Shown here: positions 1 through 9,329 of the stretch, one piece after another
Numbering within the stretch: the stretch's first letter is position 1
Layout of the letters: every line of letters begins with the position of its first letter
Assembly (NCBI GenBank): GCA_965233585.1
Contig: CBDDTI010000281.1
Span: 1 to 10,679, forward strand
Source of the DNA: a bacterium
GTDB lineage: Bacteria > SAR324 > NAC60-12
DNA: 10,679 nucleotides
Direction of reading: 5' to 3'
Program-made: the position numbers and the translations under genes
Notes under the pieces: model-generated
What the model saw: the letters and a program-made list of their open reading frames with translations, nothing else
Databases searched by the model: none
Told to the model about the DNA's origin: nothing

Positions 1-106
1 CCCTTGTCACCTTCTTATAACGTATAGTAACAGTCAACGCAAAACCCACCAAATCGCTCAAATTCGCAATCTAGAGCCACAGAAACGACAATACACAACA
101 ACTGAG

Positions 107-220
107 GTAGGTTTACGTTTATTTTGAGCTTTAACTTAGACATTCCTCGATATAAGTTTACGATGTAAGACTCTTCAATATATTCTCCCATACATTTCTT
201 TATATTTCGACCATAAACAG
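107..220 (+). other. Putative 5'-UTR intron of the Kelch gene
   Basis: Donor-like GAG|GTAGGT at 107. Pyrimidine-rich TTTCTTTATATTTC then AAACAG| ending at 220, 13 nt before the first ATG. Motif-only evidence. Confidence 0.35.
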
Positions 221-233
221 ACACGCTGCTTGT

Positions 234-1913
234 ATGGGCGCCCTGTGGATGGATTGCGGAGCGTGCGCTCCGAACCCAGGGGCCTGCTGTGAACCATACA
301 TAAAGTACCTAATGGTCTCCCAAAGCACAGGAAAAGACAAGATGATTTGCGAGGATTTTAAAGACGAGTTGCTTGACAAACTAAACGAACTTAGGGAAAC
401 CAATGTTCTCTGCGATACGACTATCCGAGCTGAAGGACACGACTTCCCCGCCCACAAATGTGTTTTATCTGCTGCAAGCGCGTATTTTATATACACTGGT
501 AAAGCAAACATTGACTCGTCTAACGCGGAAGATTTAGCCGTGATCGCGGACTACCTGATCATTCCAAGTTTGAAAACAAGGGCGTCAGATTTCCTGGAGA
601 GTTTAATCAATGCTTCCAATTGCTTTGCTTTGGAATCATTTGCTTCTCGTTATAACTGCGAGTCACTAAAGCAAGCTGCAATCACGTACAAGTGCGAAAA
701 CTTCCTTGCCGTCACAAAATCCGAAGATTTTAGCAAGCTTGACGTGGAGAAAGTCAAAGAACTGATTTGCATGGACGAGATTAATGTGTCTGAAGAAGAC
801 GAAGTGTACCAAGCAATGATTGCTTGGATTCAATACGATATACCATCGAGAGAGTGTTTCCTTCCTGACCTACTGAAATGTGTACGATTATTCTCAGTGT
901 CAAAGTACAGTCTAGGAAGAATTCTTGATGACGAGTTAGTGAGTAAGAACTTTTCTTGTACAAGACTGATAATCAATTCCTTTCTGTTCCCATACAGTCT
1001 CCAAAACGTGCCACTTAAACCTCGCTTGTCTATAGATAAATACGAGCATGTAGTAGTACTCACTGGCGGAAAGTATTCTTTTGCTTTGGAAATGTCGACT
1101 GATTGCTTTGTGCCCCCTACCAATGGTTGGGGCTCCCTGCCCAAGATGCCTTACCCCTGCGAGGAAGGTGGTGCTGCGGTGTGTGGTGGAATCTTGTACG
1201 TAATGGGTGGAAAAAAGGAAGACTCATCACGAGTTATGTGTCACTTTAACCCAAAACACAATCAATGGAGCTCACATGACATAGCAATAAATATAGTAGA
1301 CTCCTCAGTCACATGTTTTAATGAAGAGCTGTATGTGATTGGTGGAAAGGGTTCTTGGCAAGATGTTCAGATATACAATCCTGTTAGTAGTGAATGGAGA
1401 ACAGCAGCATCAATGGCAACTGGCCGTGCTGGTCAAAGTGCCGTTGTCTTGCAAGGACATATTTATGTAATTGCTGGTCATGATGGCGAAGTTTGTCTAA
1501 ACAGTGTGGAGTGCTATAATCCATTTACTGACCAGTGGAGCATAGTTTCAAATTTATCGAAAGCACGAAGGTGTGCTGCTGCGACAACAGCTGATCAAAG
1601 AATAATAATTGTTGTTGGAGGATTTGGTGACATGACAGTTAGGACTATAGAACCTTCCTGTGAAATCTATGATCCCATTACAAATCAATGGAACCTGATG
1701 TCTAGCCCTGGTATTCCTCGTGCTGCTTGCAGTGCTGTGTGTATTGATGACATTGTTTACTTGTTTGGAGGAGAAAGTGAAACAGAGTACTTGAGGTCAG
1801 TGGAATGTTTTGATATTAAAAGAAATAGATGGTGTGAAATTGAGGCTATGCCTAATACTCGTTCACACTTGCAAGCATCATTGCTAAAATTACCAAAGAA
1901 GTTTATTCAATAG
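234..1913 (+). CDS. Kelch-like (BTB-BACK-Kelch) protein, uninterrupted CDS; BTB domain internally shortened
   Basis: 559-aa ORF. BTB start LCDTTIRAEGHDFPAHKCVLSAASAYF, then IYTG...ADYLIIPSLK. BACK region NCFALESFASRYNCESL...EEDEVYQAMIAWIQYD...LLKCVRL. Six Kelch blades with GG/AG and Y/W motifs (VVLTGG, LYVMGG, LYVIGG, IYVIAG, IIVVGG, VYLFGG; VECYNPFTDQW, CEIYDPITNQW, VECFDIKRNRW). True start uncertain (ATG at 234, 249, 312 or 342). Specific KLHL orthologue not assignable. Confidence 0.92.
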   Translation: MGALWMDCGACAPNPGACCEPYIKYLMVSQSTGKDKMICEDFKDELLDKLNELRETNVLCDTTIRAEGHDFPAHKCVLSAASAYFIYTGKANIDSSNAEDLAVIADYLIIPSLKTRASDFLESLINASNCFALESFASRYNCESLKQAAITYKCENFLAVTKSEDFSKLDVEKVKELICMDEINVSEEDEVYQAMIAWIQYDIPSRECFLPDLLKCVRLFSVSKYSLGRILDDELVSKNFSCTRLIINSFLFPYSLQNVPLKPRLSIDKYEHVVVLTGGKYSFALEMSTDCFVPPTNGWGSLPKMPYPCEEGGAAVCGGILYVMGGKKEDSSRVMCHFNPKHNQWSSHDIAINIVDSSVTCFNEELYVIGGKGSWQDVQIYNPVSSEWRTAASMATGRAGQSAVVLQGHIYVIAGHDGEVCLNSVECYNPFTDQWSIVSNLSKARRCAAATTADQRIIIVVGGFGDMTVRTIEPSCEIYDPITNQWNLMSSPGIPRAACSAVCIDDIVYLFGGESETEYLRSVECFDIKRNRWCEIEAMPNTRSHLQASLLKLPKKFIQ

Positions 1914-2244
1914 ATACTGAAAACCTCATCCCATTGAAGGTGGAATATTAACTTGCATTTTGCTAGCTTATTTATTGGACAGTCTGGGAACTTTGTAGTT
2001 GTGTACTCGTCTGTTACAAAGTCAATCCTAGAAATTTGAACATTATTGATCGAACTACAAGGCAAATTAGACCACAAGACTTGAATGCCACACCGATTGC
2101 TCTCCTTCAGCAGCAGTATTTGCAAGTTTACTTAGATGATCCAAACCTGGGACAGAATCATTAATATTACGTACTTGTAGTTATATGAGTTATATTTGTT
2201 GGTTTTTTGTAGCTTTTAAATGGTGGAACACCAATGACTTTAAA

Positions 2245-2256
2245 AATAAAATTAAA
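2245..2256 (+). promoter_or_regulatory. Candidate polyadenylation signals (AATAAA followed by ATTAAA) for the Kelch gene
   Basis: AATAAA 2245-2250 directly followed by ATTAAA 2251-2256, about 330 nt after the stop codon. The AT-rich context makes a chance match possible. Confidence 0.3.
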
Positions 2257-2545
2257 AAGCAGACAAGAAATAGAGTAGGCAAATACTGAGAAGAAAATTT
2301 AAATTGAGTTAAGCGAACTACAAACTGCAAGAATTTACAAAGATTTTCCAATTTAGTTTGTTGAAATTGGTTGAACTGTTGAAATATTGTGAAATATAGT
2401 GATTTGACTTGTTTGTGTTACTTTTTTGTTTTGTCTGCTGCACAGTTTAGGAGCCTTTCGGTTTCTCTTCTCTCTTTAATTTGTGTTTGAGGATGACTAG
2501 CAGTTAGCTAGGTATTTTGCCACCTACAGTAAATTACATACATTA

Positions 2546-2922
<377 letters not shown>

Positions 2923-3738
2923 TAGTCTAGTAGCCATACCAACATTTTCCTAAGTTGGCTGCACCCCATGGGTGGCAAGCTGTTCTTGGTATCATTTTAA
3001 AGCTTAGAGCATGCTGATTAAGAATCTGCTTGTTAACACATAAAAATAGTGTCCAAAGACCTTGGTAACCTGGCCTAAACAACCCATACTTCTTTGCGTT
3101 AAAATTTTATTCCGCTACATTTTTACTTTTTTTAATCGGTTTTTCGGGTCATACTTCTTCGGAAACTAATTATTTCTACATCTTTGCCCACTTGCAAGCA
3201 TTTTAACTTTAAAAAGCAGTAAGATTGCTTCACTTTTTATTTTTCAGGTGTTTTTTTTGGAAATTAGATCGCAGAGAGCCAAAATGCAAAAACGATTTTA
3301 TTTTTCCACTCTTTAATTCTCTGAAAACCATATGAATTCATTCAGATGCATCCTTTTCATATTTTGAAAGCATTATTTGCACAGAAATATTAGAATTATG
3401 CTTTGAAATTGATGGAAAAACCTTTTCAAGGCAACTGCATCAAACCGGAAGTGGAATGATATTTACTTCCGGTTTCATTATTTCACAATAATTATGCGCA
3501 CTATGGGATTATCTCTCACAAGGACGATGCCTTAAGCTCATGAAATAACTGATATCGCTCGTTGGCCTAAGGAACGACTCTCTAAAGTGGTACATTTGCC
3601 GAAAATGGCGTAAATTGTGACGTCATGCAAAAAAAGTTTAAAAAAAAGTCATGTACGTAACTTGGAAAGACTGCAAATTTCTATCAGAGGTTACTTGTAC
3701 AACTGCAGATAAATTAAATACGCTGCATATGAAATAAA
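2923..3738 (+). repeat. Left terminal inverted repeat (~816 bp)
   Basis: Aligns base by base to the reverse complement of 7264-8077, e.g. AAGTTGGCTGCACCCCATGGGTGGCAAGCTG at 2952 versus CAGCTTGCCACCCATGGGGTGCAGCCAACTT ending 8039. Inner end GCATATGAAATAAA versus TTTATTTCATATGC. Confidence 0.97.
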
Positions 3739-3876
3739 CGAAAATGACTTGAATTAACTGGTTAAACAACGTTATCGAGGGACATCATTTACTGTACCTG
3801 TACTCTGTTTCCCACTGCTAAGGACTACTGTTTTATACTTAAATTTGTCGCTAACAATATTCTTTTTTCGCACAAT

Positions 3877-6813
3877 CTAACATTCTTCCTCGCCTGCACT
3901 GTCCTCAGGTCTTTCCTCCCACGCGTAGTTATGAGGATTGTCACATTTCTCGCCGCACTGGCATAATTCGGCACAGGGTACGCCATTTCTTTTGCATCGA
4001 CAGTGACCGGTTGTGCAGTCTGAAGTACATCCACATAGTATAAGTTCTAGTAATGCCTCAGGAGCAGGCGGTAGCGACATCCAGTTGATATCAATTTGAC
4101 CATCTCTAATAAGCCATCCGTGGTTCTCAGGGGATGGAATCTCAGGATTTGCATCCAGTGCTTGACGCCAGATGGCTGCTTGGTAGTTTGCACGCATTGT
4201 GTGATTTCTAAGTGCATCCTGACATGGCGGAAGACTCTGTGACTGGCCTTGCTTTGCACAAAAGGTAATATATCGACATTCGTTAACTTCAACCAGTTTC
4301 GGCTTACCATACATCTTGCACACAAATTCCTCACACTCAGAAAAAGGGATTGTCTCCGCGTCAAATGAACACCCAAGAGTCGCCATAACGTCGCAGGCCA
4401 ATAGATCTGTCTTACAAAGCTTCAGAGCAGTCTTCTTCCCTTTACCTGCAAACGCACTAGTTGAGTCGCAGCCGGTGAAAGCATGCAGTCCAGGTAGGGC
4501 GTTGCAAAGGTTGGGCCCAGCAGCATCAGCTATGGCAGAAGTCTCCAGATAAATGTTCCTCGTCTTCTCTTTCTTCATGATAAGGATCCGTGCTGATATA
4601 TCCCTGCAAAAATGACAAGCCAGGATTGCTACATCAGTGTCTGGAGACTTGATTATTATGGTGGTCTCACCGTTTTCAGATGCATGCTTTGCATGGAGAA
4701 GTAACTTTGTGTCAGCTTCTTCATGGTTGCTTTTTAGCTCAGTGATCTCCTTACAAACAACCTTTCCTTCATTAACAGACAACTGAAAGCACTTGTCTTC
4801 AACAGCAAAATAGATGTTGCGATTCCCAATCCGATCCGCATAGTTGTCCCTTGACCACTGCTGAAGGAGAAATCGCGTTAACATTCTCTTGTTCTCCCTG
4901 CTGCTTAAGAACTTCTTCCACTGTTTGGGACACTTTTGACCACCTCCAGTTATGTTAACTTTGACAGCTCCTACACTGGCACGTTTCGCTCTCTCGGGAT
5001 TCTTGATAGAAACATCTGGATATCTATCTGTAACAAAATCAACGCGTCTTGCTAAGGTTGCTTGCGGAACAACTGAATGAAAAACAGAAGTCGCCAACTC
5101 TTCAAATGTCGCTGGAATTTCTTTCATCGCTTGAAGTACAGCCATGCCATCAACAATCAATGCTGCAGAGGGTGGAACGTCTTCAGCTGGCTCGACTCCT
5201 TCAATCAGCGTTTCCAGTAACTTAGACTTGACAGTCTTGCAGAGAGACCCATCTGCTGAAGCCAGAGACCACGGTAGAGGACCTAGGGAATACTTGAAGA
5301 CTTCCTTTAGATCCATATCTCACGTCTGAGCGACAACGAGAAGACGAGCAAAGAGGTCTCTGTCGGCTTTAAGCATCACTTCTTTCCCACCTATCTTAAC
5401 AGACGAAACGGGCATAGAATCAAAGGTGGCCAGCTTTAGTTTTGGTATTGGATCATGGAAGGAAATTTCATTAGTCGTCAACCTCTTCCTGATAAAAGCA
5501 GTCATTGCTTCTTTACCCTTATCGTGGGCCGTACAGAGGTCTTCTTCCACTTTTTTTGAAGCCGTCATTCCCGATGCAATGTGGCAAAGTTCATCGGTGT
5601 CAGATTGCAAAAATGGATTGACCCAGTTGCTATAGGTAAGGCAACGTGTTTGGGTGTCTTCATCCTTCCCTTTGGCCCTCTCATCTTCTCCTTCACCATT
5701 CTCACAAAGGATCCAAGCAAGTAAGTTGTAAACAACAATTGGAACACTGATGTTCTCTTCGTTGATTGTAGTTTGGTATGGTGGCCATGGCATGTTCAGT
5801 TCCTGACTTAAAAGGGCGGCACGCACGGTCTTGGCGGCATGATACACGTAGTTCTTGAGAGGTACATCTTCTGGCGCTTTGAGAAACTTATCATTTTCAA
5901 CGCTACGGTTAAGACCACACTCAACGATCTGACCCTTAGACACCTCATCGCAATAGACAATTTCAGCCTCAGATCGATATCTTGGGTGCCAGAAGCTTAT
6001 TCTGCCATGATAAGCCTTTTGCATTCTGACCTTTAGCTTTTCAGATCGATACAAGGGGTTTTGTACACCCTGAAAGGAGAGGAGTTCCACGTACCTTTCC
6101 CGCAAGTCAGACATTCGAAGAACTTCTAAACTCTCAAATATCTTGGGCTCCATCTCAGATTTGAGGGCCTGAAAAGCGTTATCATAGAGAGATTCGAGTT
6201 TGCCTTCTTGATTTTTCTGGATCACTTCTATTTGCTTCGTGTTCGTGTACATCCGGTAACAGGTCCTGTGATAACGCAACTCTATGGCAATAGGATCTTG
6301 ATCACTCAGAGAAACAATGAGCCTTTGGTCACCTCGAACTTTCGCTGCCTCGAGAAGAGTTCTTCCAGCTTGCATAGTTTCACAAGTGGTCAACTTCTCT
6401 TCTCTTCGTCGGTCTTTTGGATCTGTCTTTTCCGTTTGACATATGGCACATTTCCTCATGTCTGTTGCCAGTAAGGAAGATCGTGTCGGGCGGGGATCGG
6501 CCTGGAGCTCAATAGGTGAAGTGTTATCTCCAGATGAAATTTCCTCAATCTTTCTCTTTTTAGCAACACGATCGAGAACATTCTTGGCTGTGTAACTTTG
6601 GTAACAGTTTCTGTGGTACATGCCAAATGGGCCGTTTTCCCATTTCCCTTTCATACTTTCTGATATGTCATCTTTTCTCAGATCTGAGGCTTCCTTAAAC
6701 GTCCTCCAGCTTACTTCGGAGAAATTGGTTAGTGGACCTTGTACTCCAGCTTTGTGACACAAGCATAAGCCTTTTGAAGCAGTTGTAGACCGTGGATTCA
6801 GCGAGAACGCCAT
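3877..6813 (-). pseudogene. Academ-type transposon gene, disrupted: N-terminal C2HC fingers, [core deleted], XPG/FEN1-like nuclease, CXC domain
   Basis: ORFs 5320-6813 and 3877-5316 share one frame, separated only by TGA (5320-5322) and GAT: ...LLVVAQT*DMDLKEVF... FEN1/XPG-type motifs VDGM, VTDRY, SIKxxER, HEEADT, SPDTDV and helix-turn-helix HAFTGCDSTSAFAGKGKKTA. N-terminal CLCH...YHRNCY and CAIC...YHRTCY fingers. Confidence 0.85.
3937..4035 (-). other. Tesmin/TSO1-like CXC zinc cluster at the C-terminus of the transposon protein
   Basis: CGCTSDCTTGHCRCKRNGVPCAELCQCGEKCDN: nine Cys in CXC-domain-like spacing, ending C-x-N. Confidence 0.85.
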
Positions 6814-6830
6814 GACAACTAAGGCTGCGA

Positions 6831-7086
6831 CTGTAAATTAACAGAGGCTCAAATGTAATAACTGTTTTGACACATGTTCATTACAACGAAACAAGACTGA
6901 AATATGAATGAAAAAAAAACACACTTGACATCGGAACCACAATATGAAATTGAGCTTGTAGCTCCACGAAATTGATCGATATTTATATTTAAGTCTGGTA
7001 ATGCAATTGAAGAAGTCTGTTTTCACAAACCATGTTATAATTATCACAAACAAGTATATTTATGCTATGAAGAACGCTATACTTAC
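6831..7086 (-). other. Putative 5'-UTR intron of the transposon gene
   Basis: Minus-strand donor GCT|GTAAGT (7086) and acceptor TTAATTTACAG| (6831), 17 nt upstream of the ATG at 6813. The intervening 256 nt are AT-rich. Just upstream is a GC-rich mini-exon with YY1-like CAAGATGGCTGCC. Confidence 0.5.
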
Positions 7087-7263
7087 AGCACTTCCAAACA
7101 TGTCTGTCAGTTCGTGGCGGCAGCCATCTTGGATGAAAACCGCTGGTCGTGACAGCAGGCCCACGAAATAAGCGGGAGCACCCAACAAAATCGGTTTTAT
7201 TTGTTAGGTTTTCTCCAAAACAGTTCTTTAAGTTTGTTTATTTCATGTATTCAATTTAAGTGT

Positions 7264-8077
7264 TTTATTTCATATGCAACGTATTAAATTTATCTGCAGT
7301 TGTACATGTAACATCTGCATAGAAATTTGCAGTCTTTCCAAGTTACGTACATGAGAACTTTTTTGCATGACGTCACAGTTTACGCCATTTTCGTCAAATG
7401 TACCACTTTAGAGAGTCGTTCTTAAGGCCAACGAGTCATATCAGTTATTTCATGAGTTAAAGGCATCGCCTTTGTGATAGATAATCCCATAACGTTCATA
7501 ATTATTGTAAAATAATGAAACCGGAAGTAGATATCATTCCACTTCCGGTTTGATGCAGTTGCCTTAAAAAGGTTTTTCCTTCTATTTCAACGCATAATTT
7601 GAATATTTCTGTGGAAATAATGATTTCAAAATATGAAAAGGATGCATCTGAATGAATTCATATGGTTTTCAGGGAATTAAAGAATGAAAAATAAAATCGT
7701 TTTTGCATTTTGGCTCTCTGCGCTCTAATTACCATAAAACCTCCTGAAATATAAAAAGTGAAGCAATTTTACTGCTTTTTAAAGTTAAAATGCTTGTAAG
7801 TGGGCAAAGATGTAGAAATAATTAGTTTCCGAAGAAGTATGACCCGAAAAACCGATTAAAAAAAGTAAAAATGTAGCGGAATGAAATTTTAACACAAAGA
7901 AGTATGGGTTGTTTAGGCCAGGTTACCAAGGTCTTTGGACACTATTTTTATGTGTTAACAAGCAGATTCTTAATCAGCATGCTCTAAGCTTTAAAATGAT
8001 ACCAAGAACAGCTTGCCACCCATGGGGTGCAGCCAACTTGAAAAATTGAGCCTTTTTCAGATTTGGCCACTAGACTA
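7264..8077 (-). repeat. Right terminal inverted repeat (~814 bp)
   Basis: Reverse complement of 2923-3738. About 99% identical over the outer ~240 bp and about 92% over the inner ~545 bp (hand count). Confidence 0.97.
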
Positions 8078-8390
8078 ATAATGCCGTCTTCACACTGAAG
8101 ATCACTAATGCTGAATAATAAGAAATCATCTTTGACATCTCTATTGATTTTACATGACGCATGATATAATTCATATTTATCATTTAGCTACTTTATTTCT
8201 TGCATTGTTGTAATGCGCAGTTGATCATCTTGTCACGGAAACTGGGCAATATAAATTTGTAATTTATTATATTATTGTCATTTTATTACTTTACTGCCTG
8301 CTACCTCTGTTATTATCCAGCTTGTTTCTACAAAACATTTTGAAAGGGCTGAGATAACCTGATAAGCTTGTCCATCCAGACTGGAAAACT

Positions 8391-8674
8391 CCTCAGGGGG
8401 AGGGGATACCCATATGAAATGGACAGGGGTGCTAGTTGTACCCTTTTGACATTAAGCGCTTTCTGTACCTCTTAGGGTGTTCAAACTTGGGTTATTGAGC
8501 CGAAAAAATATGACAGGAGATAATGGGTTGTTTTTAGAATTGCTACCTTTTAGTGGTGAAAAAAAAAAAACGTTCAAGTCACGCCCACAAAACAGGATCT
8601 TGTACCTTTTAGGGGTTCTAAGTTCCTTTATGTCAGGTCCTTTTTAATTGGGTGTTCCCCTCCTCCTCACCAGG
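8391..8674. mobile_element. Degenerate MITE, copy 1 (GGGGnACTCCCATAT-type ends)
   Basis: Left GGGGAGGGGATACCCATATGAAA, right TTTTAATTGGGTGTTCCCCTCCT. Repeated internal GTACCTyTTAGGGG-like motif. Shares CCCACAAAACAGGATCTTG and GTTGTTTT(T)AGAAT with copy 2. Boundaries approximate. Confidence 0.65.
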
Positions 8675-8838
8675 CTGGAAAGGAGCCCCACTGCTTAGCT
8701 ATTTATGCTTCAGTTTTCTACACCGATTTTTCTCCCATCATTTGGAGCTTCCCTTGCTCCTGCTGACTCCATCTGAGTCTCTGAGGGTAATGTGACATGT
8801 GACTCTTTCAATGCTTTTAATGAGATCTGTTGCTTGTT

Positions 8839-9163
8839 GGGGAGGACTCCCATGACTCCCATATAAAAAGGGTGGGGATGCTCCTTGTACCTTAATAGGA
8901 GTTAAAAAGCAGCTTTGGTACCATCGAGGGCAGGTCCTGAGCAGAAAAAGAGATATTCAGTACTCAATTTGATGAGGAAAAGGTATTTGAAGCAATTGTC
9001 TTTAGTGCTAGTAAAAATTATGAAAGTGTGAGTTAATGTGTTGTTTTAGAATAATTATTGGTACCTTCTTAGAAATAAAAGCAATTCAAGCCGTGCCCAC
9101 AAAACAGGATCTTGGTCCTCTTTGGGGATCACCTCCGTCCTTCTTATGGAGGTCCCCTCCAGG
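8839..9163. mobile_element. Degenerate MITE, copy 2 (same family, same orientation)
   Basis: Left GGGGAGGACTCCCAT-GACTCCCATATAAAAAGGG (9-bp local duplication), right CCTTCTTATGGAGGTCCCCTCC. CCCACAAAACAGGATCTTG at 9096 is identical to 8584. Boundaries approximate. Confidence 0.65.
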
Positions 9164-9329
9164 ATTTGTAGGAGGCGGCTGTATCCCTCAGAGAGAAATA
9201 AAACAGGTCCAAAACAATTTCGTCTCCAGCGAAATTTTGTTAACATTGTAGATGATGATTCACAACAGAGTACCTGCCGGAGCTCCGGGGAGTGCACAGT
9301 TTTCTTGAAATCACTCGTTTAAGGGGGGA

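Larger units (their letters stand above)
2923..8077 (-). mobile_element. Academ-superfamily (AcademX-type) DNA transposon, 5,155 bp, defective copy
   Basis: Termini TAGTCTAGTAGCCA (2923-2936) and TGGCCACTAGACTA (8064-8077), 13/14 inverted match. 3-bp TSD ATA at 2920-2922 and 8078-8080. ~815-bp TIRs. Internal gene with XPG/FEN1-like nuclease and Cys-rich C-terminus. TAG..CTA ends, 3-4-bp TSDs, long TIRs and XPG plus Cys finger are the described hallmarks of AcademX. Confidence 0.9.

Noticed and set aside
103..110. TGAGGTAG, identical to the 5' end of let-7
   Set aside because: Only 8 nt match, the following bases differ from let-7, and no precursor hairpin is evident. It is better explained as a splice donor or chance.
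15..1144. Short minus-strand ORFs (15-224, 200-511, 781-963, 830-1144)
   Set aside because: Mostly antisense shadows of the Kelch gene with no recognisable motifs.
3628..3650. Extra ~10 bp in the left TIR (AAAAAAAGTTTAAAAAAAAGT)
   Set aside because: Simple slippage duplication in an A-run with no sign of function.
3825..6474. Small alternative-frame and antisense ORFs within the transposon gene
   Set aside because: Shadows of the long ORF. Only the KTPKHVALP part of 5565-5747 is meaningful, as a frameshifted remnant.
3877..6813. Two independent host genes (497 aa and 479 aa)
   Set aside because: They share one frame, are separated by a single stop codon, and lie inside TIRs with a TSD: one disrupted transposon gene.
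2923..8077. Assembly-artefact inverted duplication, or a CACTA/Polinton/LTR element
   Set aside because: The arms differ by ~8% internally and are bounded by a TSD. The termini are TAG..CTA rather than CACT(A/G) or AG..CT, the repeats are inverted rather than direct, and there is no polymerase, integrase or RT.
8430..8620. CRISPR-like array from the recurring GTACCTyTTAGG motif
   Set aside because: Repeats are short, degenerate and irregularly spaced, in a eukaryotic context with no cas genes. They are MITE internal repeats.
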